Source: Candidatus Nitrospinota bacterium M3_3B_026 (GTDB taxonomy: Bacteria > Nitrospinota_A > UBA7883 > JBPRGF01). Taken from it: DNA of 64,000 nt. Below, one piece after another: positions 25,936-36,431 of the stretch. The stretch spans positions 96,001 to 160,000 of the forward strand of contig JBPRGF010000029.1 in NCBI GenBank assembly GCA_051418015.1, read 5' to 3'. The notes under the pieces were generated by a model. That model ran no database searches, was not told the DNA's origin, and saw nothing but the letters and a program-made list of their open reading frames with translations. How positions within the stretch are numbered: position 1 is the first letter of the stretch; every line of letters starts with the position of its first letter. The position numbers and the translations under genes are program-made.

Positions 25936-28524
25936 ATGACGCCAAAAACAGCGGAGCTGAAAAGCGGTCTCGAGGCCAGGCGGAGCCGCGCCCGGGAGAG
26001 GCACGACCGCGGCGGCGGCGGGCTCGAGGTCTCCTCCGCTCTCTGCGCCGCGGTGGACGAGACGATAATAGAGCTTTTCGAGAGGGAGAGGGGCGATTTC
26101 GGCGGAGCTCTCGTGGCGCTGGGCGGATACGGGCGCGGCCTTTTGAACCCCTTTTCGGACATCGACCTTCTCTTTCTGCTCAAGGGCTCCTCCGGCGCCG
26201 CCGCTCCTCCGCCCCACTCCCTGCTGGCCATGTTGTGGGATATCGGGCTGAAGGTGGGGCACAGCGCGAGGACCATCGACGACACGGTGACCATGGGGCT
26301 TTCCGACCTGACCGCCAGGACGTCCATGATGGAGGCGCGCCTCCTGACCGGCTCCAGGGAGCTTTTCGATGAGTTCCACAAAAAATATGAAAGGAAGGTG
26401 GTCCGCCACAAGCCCGGCGCGTTCATGGCGCTCAAGATCGAAGAGACGAAAAGGCGCCACGCCGTCCACGGCAGGACCGTCCACCTGACCGAGCCGGACA
26501 TGAAGGAGAGCCGCGGCGGCCTGCGGGACTATCACACCGCGATGTGGCTTTTGCGTTCGAAAGCGGACGTGTGGGGGCTGGATGAGATGACAGCCAGGGG
26601 TATAGTCGGCCCCGCGGACGCGAAAGAGGTCGAGCGCGCCCATTCCGTCCTGCTCAGGCTGCGCAACGCCCTGCACTGGCGCGCCGGGAAGGCCCTCGAC
26701 AGGCTTGTCCAGCCCCTGCAGCCGGACATCGCCCGGGGCGAGGGGCTGGAGGGGTCCGACAACGCCGTGGCGGCGGAGCTGATGCGGCGGTACTACGAGG
26801 CGGCGGAGACGATCGACAGGTTCTCAAGGGAAATGATCCTGTTCGCCCGTGAGTACAGGAAAATGAGACCGTGGCGGCCCATAAGCGTCGACAACGACGG
26901 GCTGTTCACCGACGGGACATCGCTTCACGCAAGATCATTCCCCCCGGAAAGGCTCGGCGGGCGGCCTGCGCTCCTTTTCCGTATAGCGCGCAGGCTCGCC
27001 GAGGAGAACCTGAAACCCGCCCCCAACCTGTGGCGGGGCCTGAGGAAAATCGCCGAGACCGCCCCGGCGGAATGGTTCGAAGGACCCGAAGCGGGCAGGA
27101 TGCTGATGGCCGTCCTGCGCCTCAAAAACTCCGCCCGGGCCGTCTCGGTCTTCCTGGAGACGGGGATATTGGAGCGGCTGATCCCGGAGTTTTCCCACAT
27201 AAGGCGGCTCACGCAGTTCGACATGTTCCACAAGTACACCGCCGACAAGCACACCATCAACACCGTCAGGATGCTGGAGAGCCTGCCTGAAAACAGGGGG
27301 GTGGGGCTCAAGCTCCGGGAAATCTTCCGGGCCGAGGACCACATGGAGGTGATAAAGCTCGCCCTCCTGCTGCACGATCTCGGCAAGCGGGCCGAGGACC
27401 GCCACGCCGTGGAAGAGGACACGCGGACGCCGGTGATCCTGAAACGGCTGGGGCTGGAACGCCTCGAGGAGCGGGTCGGCTTTCTCGTCCGCAACCACCT
27501 TCTGATGAGCCGCGTGGCGCAGCGCCGGGATTTCTCCATCCCCACCACCCTGCGGCGGTTCTGCGAGGACGTGGGGGACAGGGACGCCCTGCGCAGGCTG
27601 TATCTTCTGACCTATGCCGACATAGCCGGCGTGGGACCGGAGGTCTGGAGCGACTGGAAGGACTACCTGCTCTCGGAGCTTTTCGAAAGCGCTGAAAAGT
27701 TCTTCATAGAGGGCGAGGCCTTCTTTCTTTCGCCCGAGGAGAGCATCGAGTCGCTGACACAGGGCATCACGGCCCTGCCCGGCCCCGCCGTGGACGAGAA
27801 GACCGCGCGCGATTTTCTGGAGAGGGCTCCGAGCCGATACCTGCGAAACGCCACACTGGACACGGTGGTGGACGATATCCGCCTCGTGAAAACCCTCCGG
27901 ACGAAAAAACTCGCCCTCAGCTACCGCTCCAATCCCGGCGACAGCACGGGCAGAATCACCCTGGCCGCGGCGGAGCGGCTGGGCTTTTTCTCCGTCATCG
28001 CAGGGGCGTTCGCGGCGAAAAACGTGAACGTAACCGAGGCGCAGATCCACACCTTCGAGGGTCATATGGCCCTCGACGCCATAACCGTGGCCGGGCCCAG
28101 CCTGAGCCTTTTTTCCGACCCCGCCTCCCTGGCCGCCTTCGAGAAGGAGCTGGTGGCCTTCCTGGAGGGGAAAAAAGACGTGGACAAGATGGTGAAAAGG
28201 CGCGCAAGGTACATGCGGCCGGAGCCGGGAGCGAAAGCGCCGGGCCTGGAGCCTAGAGTTGTCATCCTGAACCACCTGTCGCGGATAAGCACGGTGGTGG
28301 AGATATGGGCGCCGGACAGGATCGGCCTGCTCTACGACATCACCCACACCCTGGCCCGGCTGGGGCTGGACATCAACGGGGCCAAGATCAGCACCGAGGG
28401 CAAACGGGCCATCAACGTCTTCTACGTCACCGACGAGGAGGGAAACAAGCTGGAGGGGGAGGAAAACGGGCAAAGGGTGAGAGAGGCGCTGATCTCGGCC
28501 ATAGAAAGCCCGCCGGGGAGGTAA
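25936..28524 (+). CDS. glnD: PII uridylyltransferase / uridylyl-removing enzyme
   Basis: GGYGRG..PFSDIDL NTase, KESRGGLRD, QFDMFHKYT, HDLGK HD domain, two ACT domains (DRIGLL). Confidence 0.93.
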   Translation: MTPKTAELKSGLEARRSRARERHDRGGGGLEVSSALCAAVDETIIELFERERGDFGGALVALGGYGRGLLNPFSDIDLLFLLKGSSGAAAPPPHSLLAMLWDIGLKVGHSARTIDDTVTMGLSDLTARTSMMEARLLTGSRELFDEFHKKYERKVVRHKPGAFMALKIEETKRRHAVHGRTVHLTEPDMKESRGGLRDYHTAMWLLRSKADVWGLDEMTARGIVGPADAKEVERAHSVLLRLRNALHWRAGKALDRLVQPLQPDIARGEGLEGSDNAVAAELMRRYYEAAETIDRFSREMILFAREYRKMRPWRPISVDNDGLFTDGTSLHARSFPPERLGGRPALLFRIARRLAEENLKPAPNLWRGLRKIAETAPAEWFEGPEAGRMLMAVLRLKNSARAVSVFLETGILERLIPEFSHIRRLTQFDMFHKYTADKHTINTVRMLESLPENRGVGLKLREIFRAEDHMEVIKLALLLHDLGKRAEDRHAVEEDTRTPVILKRLGLERLEERVGFLVRNHLLMSRVAQRRDFSIPTTLRRFCEDVGDRDALRRLYLLTYADIAGVGPEVWSDWKDYLLSELFESAEKFFIEGEAFFLSPEESIESLTQGITALPGPAVDEKTARDFLERAPSRYLRNATLDTVVDDIRLVKTLRTKKLALSYRSNPGDSTGRITLAAAERLGFFSVIAGAFAAKNVNVTEAQIHTFEGHMALDAITVAGPSLSLFSDPASLAAFEKELVAFLEGKKDVDKMVKRRARYMRPEPGAKAPGLEPRVVILNHLSRISTVVEIWAPDRIGLLYDITHTLARLGLDINGAKISTEGKRAINVFYVTDEEGNKLEGEENGQRVREALISAIESPPGR

Positions 28525-28537
28525 ACATTCTCACTCA

Positions 28538-28608
28538 TTCTCCCCCCGACGGGGGAGGGTTGGGTGGGGGTGTGTTTTATTTATACCCCCTCCCTCCGGG
28601 GGAGGGGA
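28538..28608. repeat. CCCCTCCC/GGGAGGGG compound palindrome (shortened)
   Basis: ctccccccgacgggggaggg..gtgggggtg..tttataccccctccctccgggggagggg. Confidence 0.75.
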
Positions 28609-28614
28609 TATTCT

Positions 28615-28820
28615 TGTCATGCTGAACCTTGCTCTGAACTTGTTTCAGCATCCCGGCGCCACCATAACTTCACCGCGGAAAGACGTGATCCTTCGGCTTT
28701 CGCCTCAGGACGGCGCGGGGCGGGCATCGCCGCCAGCTCACGCCGCATCCCGAGCGCCCGCCCCATGTTGTTCGGAGCCGCTCTCTTACTTTGTCATCCT
28801 GAGCGCCAGCGAAGGATCTC
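28615..28820. repeat. TGTCATnCTGA-family repeat arms
   Basis: tgtcatgctgaac..ttcagcat; gatccttcggctttcgcctcagga; tgtcatcctgagcgccagcgaaggatc. Confidence 0.7.
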
Positions 28821-28911
28821 GTCTTTTCTACCCAGCGAAGCAAGCCGAACCGGCGCGAAATGTCAAAATACAAGACCTGACCCCGATTCGCTCGCCTGGC
28901 TGAAAATACTG

Positions 28912-29673
28912 CTAGTACTTCACCTCCACCAAAAAAAGCCCCTCGGGCGGGGCGCATGGGCCGGCGGCGCGCCTGTCCTTGGCGGCGAGGATTTTTGAGA
29001 CCTCCTCCGGGGCGATCCTGCCGCGCCCAACCTCCACGAGGGTTCCCACGATGTTTCTCACCATCTGCTTCAAAAACCCGCCAGCGGTGAAGGTTATGCG
29101 GATGACGTCCCCCTCCTTCTCCACCTCCAGCCTCGACAGGCTCCGGACAGGATTTTTCGCCGCGCACCCCGAGGAGCGGAACGAGGAGAAATCATGCTCG
29201 CCGATCAAGGCGCCCGCCGCCTTGCGCATCGCCTCCACGTCCAGCGGTTTTCGAACATGCCACACCCTGCCATGGTCGAAGGCGGAGGGAGCCGGACGGT
29301 TGAGGATGGTGTAGACGTATGTCTTCTCCCTCGCGGAAAACCTCGCATGCCAGTCATCGGGGACGGTTTTCACGCTTATGACCGCCACGTCGTCCGGCAG
29401 GAGCGCGTTCATCCCGCGCAGGATATCCTCGTCGGAAAGCCTGGAGGATATGTCGGCGTGGACGGGCTGGAGCCGGGCGTGGACGCCGGCGTCGGTGCGC
29501 CCGGAGGGGATGACGCGGACGGGATGGTTGACGAGTGTCGAGAGAGCCTTCTCCACAATCTCCTGTATCGAAAGCCCGTTCGGCTGCAACTGGAAACCGG
29601 CGTAGCGCGTCCCCAGGTACTCAAGGTCCAGCCGGACGCGGCGCTTAGCGCGAGACGGCGGCTTTTCGCTCAA
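28912..29673 (-). CDS. truA: tRNA pseudouridine(38-40) synthase
   Basis: [43 protein letters not shown]. Confidence 0.96.
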   Translation of the reverse strand: MSEKPPSRAKRRVRLDLEYLGTRYAGFQLQPNGLSIQEIVEKALSTLVNHPVRVIPSGRTDAGVHARLQPVHADISSRLSDEDILRGMNALLPDDVAVISVKTVPDDWHARFSAREKTYVYTILNRPAPSAFDHGRVWHVRKPLDVEAMRKAAGALIGEHDFSSFRSSGCAAKNPVRSLSRLEVEKEGDVIRITFTAGGFLKQMVRNIVGTLVEVGRGRIAPEEVSKILAAKDRRAAGPCAPPEGLFLVEVKY

Positions 29674-32485
29674 GCCCCAACTCCCCGCGAAGAATCCGCC
29701 CCGTGTGCGACTCTTCGGTCATCGCCACATCCTCCGGCGCCCCCTGGGCCACGACGCGGCCGCCCTCGTCACCCCCTTCCGGGCCGAGGTCTATTATGTG
29801 GTCGGCGGTTTTTATGACGTCCATGTTGTGCTCGATCACGACGACGGTATTGCCCGCGTCGACGAGGCGGGAGAGGACCTCCAGAAGCTTTTTCACGTCG
29901 TGGAAGTGAAGCCCCGTCGTCGGCTCGTCCAGGATGTAGAAGACGCTGCCCGTGGAGCGGCGGGCCAGCTCCTTGGAAAGCTTCACCCGCTGCGCCTCGC
30001 CGCCGGAGAGAGTGGTGGCCGGCTGACCGAGCTTTATATACTCCAGCCCCACCTCTCTTACGGTCCTCAGTATCTTCTCGATCGGCGGATGGTTCTGGAA
30101 AAACTCGTGGGCCTCCTCCATGGTCATGTCCAGCACGTCGGCGATCGACTTGCCCTTGTACTCGACCTCCAGCGTCTCCCTGTTGAACCTGCGCCCGTCG
30201 CAGACTTCGCAGGTGACGTATACGTCCGGCAGAAAGTGCATCTCTATTTTGATGACCCCGTCGCCCTGGCACGCCTCGCACCGGCCTCCCTTGACGTTGA
30301 AGGAGAACCGCCCCGGCGCGTACCCGCGCTTGCGCGACTCCGGCAGCTTCGAGAAAAGATCGCGGATATGGGTGAACACGCCGGTGTACGTGGCCGGGTT
30401 GGAGCGCGGCGTGCGGCCTATGGGGGCCTGGTCTATATCTATCACCTTGTCGATATTCTCCACCCCCAGGACGGACTTGTAAGCGCCAGGAGGCTCGCCC
30501 CGCCGCCCGAACCGGCGCGCCAGGGCCTTGTAGACGATGTCCAGCAGCAGCGTGCTCTTGCCGGAGCCGGAGACGCCTGTGACGCAGGTGAAGACGCCCA
30601 TGGGGATCGAAACGTCGATGTTCTTCAGGTTGTGCTCCGCGGCGCCCTTCACCACCAGCCGCCCGCCGTTTTCCTTCCGGCGGGCCTTGGGGATTTCTAT
30701 CCTTTTCCTGCCGGAAAGGTAGTCCCCCGTGATGGAGCGCCGGTTTTTCGTTATGCTCCGCGGCGTCCCCGAGGCGATCACCTCCCCGCCGTGGACTCCC
30801 GCGCCGGGGCCGAGGTCGACGACGTGGTCGGCCGAGAGGATGGTGTCCCTGTCGTGCTCCACGACTATGACCGTGTTGCCCAGGTCACGCAGCTTCAAAA
30901 GGGTGCCGAGAAGTTTTTCGTTATCGCGGTGATGCAGGCCGATGGATGGCTCGTCGAGGATGTAGAGCACGCCCACGAGCGACGAGCCTATCTGGGTCGC
31001 CAGGCGTATCCTCTGCCCCTCACCGCCGGAAAGCGTCGCCGCGGAGCGGTCGAGCGTCAGGTAGCCGAGCCCCACGTCGTTCAGGAAGCCGAGCCGCTCC
31101 ACTATCTCCTTCAACACCCTCCGCCCGATGAGGCGCCTCTGCCGGTCCAGCCTCAGGCCGGAGAAAAAGACCTCCGCCTCCCGGACGGACATCGCCGACA
31201 CCTCCATGATCGACTTGCCGCCGATGGTGACCCCCAGCGCCTCCCTGCGCAGGCGCCTGCCGCCGCAGGTCTCGCAGGGCAGAAGGAGCATGTAGTCCTC
31301 TATCTCCTCGCGGACGTACTCGGAGTCGGTCTCCCTGTACCTTCGTTCCAGGTTGGGGATGACACCCTCGTATGTCCCGTCGTAGACGCGCTTGCGGCCG
31401 TTCTTTTCGAACCGGAACTTTATTATCTCCTCGCCCGCGCCGTACAGGATGATCTCCCTGGCCTTTTTGGGGAGGCGCCGGAAGGGCTTTTCCATGGGGA
31501 ATCCGTAATGGGCCGAAATGGCCTTCAGCATCTGCCTGTAATAGACGGCGGTCTCCCTGCTCCAGGGCCGGACGGCGCCGTCGGCCAGGCTCAAACCGGG
31601 ATTGACGACAAGGTCGGGGCTGATGGTGCGCTTCACCCCCAGCCCGTCGCACTCCGGGCAGGCGCCGTGGGGATTGTTGAATGAGAACATGCGGGGGGTG
31701 ATCTCCGGGTAGCTTATCCCGCAGTGGGCGCAGGCGAACCGCTCGGAGAAGATCATCTCGCCCCCCGGTTCGGCGTCGATCCGCGCCACGCCGTCCGCAA
31801 GACCCAGGGCAAGCTCCAGGGAGTCGGCCAGCCGCCGCTCCACTCCAGCCCTTATCACCAGCCGGTCCACAACGATCTCTATGGTGTGTTTTTTGTTCTT
31901 GTCGAGGACGATGTCCTCCGCGAGCTCCCGTGTCTTCCCGTCCACCCGGGCGCGGACGAACCCCTTGGCGCGGAAGCTTTCGAGCTCTTTTCGATATTCG
32001 CCCTTCCTGTCGCGGACCACCGGCGCGAGGACGTGTATCTTCGTCCCCTCGGGCAGGGCCGACACCTTGTCCACCATGCGCTGGACGGTCTGGCTCGATA
32101 TCTCCCTTCCGCACTCGTGGCAGTGGACGACCCCCACCCGGGCGAACAGAAGCCGCATGTAGTCGTAGACCTCCGTCACCGTCCCGACGGTGGAGCGGGG
32201 GTTCTTGCTGGTGGTCTTCTGCTCGATGGAGATGGCGGGCGACAGGCCCTCGATGTAGTCCACGTCCGGCTTTTCCATCAGCTCGAGGAACTGCCGGGCG
32301 TAGGCCGACAGCGACTCCACGTACCGTCTCTGTCCTTCGGCGTAGATTGTGTCGAAGGCCAGCGAGGACTTGCCGGAGCCGGAAAGGCCGGTTACCACCA
32401 CCAGCTTGTCCCTGGGGATGGCAAGATCGATGTCCTTGAGGTTGTGCTCCCGGGCGCCCTTGATGAGAATCTGGTCTTTCATCAC
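29645..32485 (-). CDS. uvrA: Excinuclease ABC subunit A
   Basis: GAREHNLK, two Walker A motifs (GSGKS), zinc fingers, LSGGE signatures. Confidence 0.98.
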   Translation of the reverse strand: MMKDQILIKGAREHNLKDIDLAIPRDKLVVVTGLSGSGKSSLAFDTIYAEGQRRYVESLSAYARQFLELMEKPDVDYIEGLSPAISIEQKTTSKNPRSTVGTVTEVYDYMRLLFARVGVVHCHECGREISSQTVQRMVDKVSALPEGTKIHVLAPVVRDRKGEYRKELESFRAKGFVRARVDGKTRELAEDIVLDKNKKHTIEIVVDRLVIRAGVERRLADSLELALGLADGVARIDAEPGGEMIFSERFACAHCGISYPEITPRMFSFNNPHGACPECDGLGVKRTISPDLVVNPGLSLADGAVRPWSRETAVYYRQMLKAISAHYGFPMEKPFRRLPKKAREIILYGAGEEIIKFRFEKNGRKRVYDGTYEGVIPNLERRYRETDSEYVREEIEDYMLLLPCETCGGRRLRREALGVTIGGKSIMEVSAMSVREAEVFFSGLRLDRQRRLIGRRVLKEIVERLGFLNDVGLGYLTLDRSAATLSGGEGQRIRLATQIGSSLVGVLYILDEPSIGLHHRDNEKLLGTLLKLRDLGNTVIVVEHDRDTILSADHVVDLGPGAGVHGGEVIASGTPRSITKNRRSITGDYLSGRKRIEIPKARRKENGGRLVVKGAAEHNLKNIDVSIPMGVFTCVTGVSGSGKSTLLLDIVYKALARRFGRRGEPPGAYKSVLGVENIDKVIDIDQAPIGRTPRSNPATYTGVFTHIRDLFSKLPESRKRGYAPGRFSFNVKGGRCEACQGDGVIKIEMHFLPDVYVTCEVCDGRRFNRETLEVEYKGKSIADVLDMTMEEAHEFFQNHPPIEKILRTVREVGLEYIKLGQPATTLSGGEAQRVKLSKELARRSTGSVFYILDEPTTGLHFHDVKKLLEVLSRLVDAGNTVVVIEHNMDVIKTADHIIDLGPEGGDEGGRVVAQGAPEDVAMTEESHTGRILRGELGLERKAAVSR

Positions 32486-32553
32486 GTCAAACGGCTGTAA
32501 ATTTTTTAGTATACCAGCAACTCCGGGACGAGGGGAGAAGGGGGCGGCCGGTT

Positions 32554-32609
32554 TGTCATTTCTGGCGGCGCGCGGCCAGTGTCATCCTGATCCACAGGCG
32601 AAGGATCTC
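32554..32609. repeat. TGTCATnCTGA-family half repeats
   Basis: tgtcattctgg and tgtcatcctgatccacaggcgaaggatctc. Confidence 0.55.
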
Positions 32610-32640
32610 GGAGCCGCCGCCGGGCCGGGGCGAAGACGCC

Positions 32641-33240
32641 CTAGGCCACAAGCCAGAAGACGCCGACCGCTATCGCCGCCGAGGAGAGGCCCGAAAGCGA
32701 CCAGCGGTACGCCCTCTCCGCGCCGCTCCACCGCGCCGTGACGGCCTCCACGGCCCAGGCGAACCCGGCCATGGCGGCGATGGAGCCCGCGCCGAAGGCG
32801 ATGACGTAGAGAACCGCCTCCATGTTCGAGGGCGCCGCGAGAGCCGGAAGGACGCCGAGGAAGTGAGAGCTTCCCGCGATACCGTGCAGCGTCCCCACGC
32901 CGAAGGCGGCGTGGGTATGGACGCCTTTCTCATGCCCGTGAGCGCGGGCCCGGCCCGAAAAGACCCTCAAAAAACCCCACACGCCTATCCACATGAGCAC
33001 AGCCCCCACGAGCCGCTCGCCCCAGGACGACAGCGCCTCCACCGGCAGGGCGCCTCTCATGGCAAGGGCGAGGGCCGCCACGAGCCAGACGCCTCCCGTA
33101 TGCCCTATCCCCCACGTCAGCCCCGCGAGCCATCCGCGCCGTCTTCCCTCCGTGGCCAGGGGGGCGACGGCGGCCAGGTGGTCCGGCCCGGAGAGGACGT
33201 GGACCAGCCCGGCGGCAAGCCCGGCGAGCGTGTAGAACAT
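32641..33240 (-). CDS. Nickel permease, UreH/SodT-like
   Basis: [19 protein letters not shown], short His loop, GTLHGIAG; 6 TM; last gene of the hydrogenase operon. Confidence 0.82.
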   Translation of the reverse strand: MFYTLAGLAAGLVHVLSGPDHLAAVAPLATEGRRRGWLAGLTWGIGHTGGVWLVAALALAMRGALPVEALSSWGERLVGAVLMWIGVWGFLRVFSGRARAHGHEKGVHTHAAFGVGTLHGIAGSSHFLGVLPALAAPSNMEAVLYVIAFGAGSIAAMAGFAWAVEAVTARWSGAERAYRWSLSGLSSAAIAVGVFWLVA

Positions 33241-33771
33241 CTACAATTCCCCTTTCGTTTTCTGTCCGGAATCTTGTGGAGTGGGCGCCGAGCCCATGGC
33301 GGCAAGCTCATCCACCGCCATCCGCGCAAGCTCGCCGATCCGCTTTTCCACCGTATCGGTGAGCCTCATCCCCGGCGTCGTCATGTCGCCGGGCTTCATC
33401 CCCAGGATGATAACACTGCGGGGAAGCCGCCCCGTGACCTGGGCTATCGCAAGGCATTCCATCACGCCGACGTCGTGGATGGACATCTTCTTCGGGATGA
33501 CCTTGCGGAAATCGTCCAGCGTGTGGCGATATAAAGTCCCCGGCTCGCCGGGGCCGTTCACGGCGTCCAGTATTACCAGGCTGTCGGCCTCCTCGATTAT
33601 CGGCAGCAGGCCCATCATGCCGGTCACGCCGCCGTCGTAGACCTCCACGTTTTCGGGAAAGTCGTACTCCGCCATCAGCCGCTCGGCGGCGCGGACGCCC
33701 AGCCCCTCGTCGGAGAGCAGGACGTTGCCCACGCCGATGACGGCTATCTGTCCTTTCGCGCCCTCGCCCAA
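33241..33771 (-). CDS. Hydrogenase maturation endopeptidase (HyaD/HybD family)
   Basis: IGVGNVLLSDEGLGV, DGG, ILDAV, SIHD; TTG start 2 nt after the cytochrome b stop. Confidence 0.93.
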   Translation of the reverse strand: MGEGAKGQIAVIGVGNVLLSDEGLGVRAAERLMAEYDFPENVEVYDGGVTGMMGLLPIIEEADSLVILDAVNGPGEPGTLYRHTLDDFRKVIPKKMSIHDVGVMECLAIAQVTGRLPRSVIILGMKPGDMTTPGMRLTDTVEKRIGELARMAVDELAAMGSAPTPQDSGQKTKGEL

Positions 33772-33773
33772 CG

Positions 33774-34463
33774 TCAGCGTATGTCCCTGTACTTGTAGCC
33801 GCCGACGATCTGGCCGATGTGCCCGTCCTGCCAGATGATCGTCTTGGTCACCTGCAGGTAGACGTGGACGATGATCCCTGCGAGCATTATCCACTGCGTC
33901 ATGTGATGGACGAGGCGGACGTTCTGGTCGCTTCCGAAAAGCCAGGTCACCCAGTCCGTCGTGGCGCGGATAAGCTGGGCCCACCAGTAGTCCGGCGCGA
34001 GGGCGTGGACATAGAGCTGGAACCCGGTGACCATCTGCAGGGCCATCAGCAGTATCAGCAGCAGGAACAAAAGCCCGTCGAGCGGGTCAAACCTGCGGTA
34101 GAAGGGGGGCTTTTCGAAGGTGAAGTAGCACTTCAAAACCCGCAGCGCTCCCCACAGCGTAGCCGGGGTGGGGAGCATGTCGCGCCAGTAGCGGTGATAG
34201 ACGCTCATGAAGGCAAGGTAGACCCAGACCATCAGCGCCACGTCCAGGACCATCGCGCCGAGAAAGTGCAGGTACCGGATGTCGGCCATGACCGTCGCCT
34301 GGTAGGCCTCCCCCTTGCCGTAGACCGCCGTCGGCTCGCCGATGTAGTAGCCGGTGACCATCAGGTCGATGACGGCGAAGAAGGTGATCCAGTGGATCAG
34401 CCTGTTGGTGAAGTTGCGCGTCACCACCAGCTGCTTTTTTTGCGGCGATATCAGTCTTTTCAT
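33774..34463 (-). CDS. Ni/Fe-hydrogenase b-type cytochrome subunit (copy 2)
   Basis: RLIHW, RYLHF, RLVHH, VHVY heme-ligand His; 4 TM. Confidence 0.9.
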   Translation of the reverse strand: MKRLISPQKKQLVVTRNFTNRLIHWITFFAVIDLMVTGYYIGEPTAVYGKGEAYQATVMADIRYLHFLGAMVLDVALMVWVYLAFMSVYHRYWRDMLPTPATLWGALRVLKCYFTFEKPPFYRRFDPLDGLLFLLLILLMALQMVTGFQLYVHALAPDYWWAQLIRATTDWVTWLFGSDQNVRLVHHMTQWIMLAGIIVHVYLQVTKTIIWQDGHIGQIVGGYKYRDIR

Positions 34464-34496
34464 GGCGAAGATACCCTGGAGGATTGCGTGGAAAGC

Positions 34497-34663
34497 TCTC
34501 CCTCTCCCCTTGAGGGAGAGGGCCGGGGTGAGGGGTTTCTTTTTATCCCCCTCCCCTTAATCCCCTCCCTCCAGGGGAGGGGACTTCCTTTGGCCGTTCC
34601 TTCAGCTTTTATTCGAGCGTCCACGCGCCGCTCCCTCAAAAAACCCTCCCGCCAGGGGAGGGG
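34497..34663. repeat. CCCCTCCC/GGGAGGGG compound palindrome plus extra hairpin
   Basis: ccctctccccttgagggagaggg...cccctccctccaggggagggga; ccctcccgccaggggagggga. Confidence 0.8.
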
Positions 34664-34763
34664 ACGTTGTTGACAGTTGCGGGCGCGCGCGGGCCTCGGT
34701 CCCCGGCCCAAAAAGTCCCGCCGGGGAAGGGGATATCTTTTGGGTTGCCTCATACTCCCTCCG

Positions 34764-36428
34764 CTATACCGCGCGGGCCTCGTACCTCTCGCCGCTTTCA
34801 GGGTCGATCACGTGCACCGAGCAGGCAAGGCACGGGTCGAACGAGTGTATGGTCCGCAGGATCTCCAGCGGCTGTTTCGGGTCGTGAACCGGCGTGCCGA
34901 TCAAAGACTCCTCGAAAGCCGACCGCAGCCCGTTCCGATCCCTCGGCGAGCCGTTCCACGTCGTCGGCACGACGAGTTGGTAGTTCTTTATCTTCTTGTC
35001 CTCTATCTCGATCCAGTGGCCGAGCGCCCCGCGCGGCGCCTCGGTCAACCCAAAACCCTTCGCCGAGGAGGGCATCTCGTACTCCGTGTAGGTCTCCAGA
35101 TCGCCCTTCTTGATGTTGCCGGCAAGCTCCATGAGCCAGTTCTCCATCTCGTCGGCGATGATCTTCGTCTCGATGGCCCGCGCCGCCGTGCGCCCCAGGG
35201 TGGAGAAGAGTATCTCCGGCCCCAGCCCGAGCCTGCCCAGCAGGCCGTTGACCTGCTCGACCGTAGCCTCGTGGCCGGAGACGTAGTTGACCAGCATCCT
35301 TGAGAGCGGCCCCACCTCCATCGGCGCCCCGTCGTAGCGCGGCGTCTTCAGCCAGGAGTACTTGCCCCCCTCGGCGCCGGTCTCCATCCCCGTGTACCAG
35401 GGGTTGGTCTGCCCCACGCTTGGATGCAGCGGCCCGTCGGTGTCGTACTTGTACCAGGCGTTTGTGACATCCTCGGTGATCTTGTCCACGTCCACCTGGT
35501 GGACCTTCGTCAGGTCGCGGTCTTTTATGTAACCCCTCGGGAACCACAGATTGCCCGGCTCATCGCCCCCGGCCTGGGGGAACATGCCGTAGGAGAGGTA
35601 GTTTGAAAGGCCGCCGCCCAGCCCCGCCCAGTCCAGGTAAAAAGGCGCCACGGCGATCACGTCGGGGATGTAGACGTTGTCGATGAACTCCTTCGCCTCC
35701 TTCACTATATAGAGGAACTCGCCGATCCTGTCGGCGTTAAGGTCGCTCACGCAGGTGACGCCGCCGACGGTGTAGGTCTGGATGTGCGGGTTCTTGGCGC
35801 CGAAGATGGCGTGCAGACGGGCGATCTTGCTCTGGATCGCGAGCGCGTCGAGGTAGTGCGCCACGGCCATCAGGTTCGCCTCCGGCGGCAGCTTGTAGGC
35901 CGGGTGGCCCCAGTAGCCGTTCGTGAAGGGGCCGAGCTGGCCGGAATCGACGAATTTCTTGAGCTTGTCCTGGACGGCCTTAAAATCCCCCGCCCCGCTC
36001 TTCGGAGACTTCGGGTTCACGGACACGGCGAGCTCGGAGGTCTTCCTCGGGTCCGCCGACAGGGCCGACACCACGTCCACCCAGTCGAGGGCGTGCAGGT
36101 GGTAGAAATGCACCGGGTGGTCGTGCAGGTACTGTGCGGCGTGGATCAGGTTGCGGACGATCCGGGCGTTACCGGGTATCTTTATCCCGATGGCGTCCTC
36201 CACGCATTTCACCGACGCCAGGGCGTGCACCTCCGTGCAGACGCCGCAGACACGCTGGGCGATGATCCAGGCGTCCCGCGGGTCGCGCCCTTTCATGAAA
36301 ACCTCGAACCCACGCCAGAGCGTTCCGGAGCTCCAGGCGTCTTTCACCGCGCCGTTCTCGAGCTCTATCTCGACTCGCAGGTGTCCCTCTATCCTCGTTA
36401 TGGGGTCTATTACGTGACGCTGGCCCAT
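34764..36428 (-). CDS. Group 1 [NiFe]-hydrogenase large subunit (L1/L2 motifs resemble group 1b)
   Basis: IDPITRIEGH, QRVCGVCTEVH (L1), SFDPCLACSVH (L2) followed by a cleavable tail. Confidence 0.96.
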   Translation of the reverse strand: MGQRHVIDPITRIEGHLRVEIELENGAVKDAWSSGTLWRGFEVFMKGRDPRDAWIIAQRVCGVCTEVHALASVKCVEDAIGIKIPGNARIVRNLIHAAQYLHDHPVHFYHLHALDWVDVVSALSADPRKTSELAVSVNPKSPKSGAGDFKAVQDKLKKFVDSGQLGPFTNGYWGHPAYKLPPEANLMAVAHYLDALAIQSKIARLHAIFGAKNPHIQTYTVGGVTCVSDLNADRIGEFLYIVKEAKEFIDNVYIPDVIAVAPFYLDWAGLGGGLSNYLSYGMFPQAGGDEPGNLWFPRGYIKDRDLTKVHQVDVDKITEDVTNAWYKYDTDGPLHPSVGQTNPWYTGMETGAEGGKYSWLKTPRYDGAPMEVGPLSRMLVNYVSGHEATVEQVNGLLGRLGLGPEILFSTLGRTAARAIETKIIADEMENWLMELAGNIKKGDLETYTEYEMPSSAKGFGLTEAPRGALGHWIEIEDKKIKNYQLVVPTTWNGSPRDRNGLRSAFEESLIGTPVHDPKQPLEILRTIHSFDPCLACSVHVIDPESGERYEARAV

Positions 36429-36431
36429 GGT

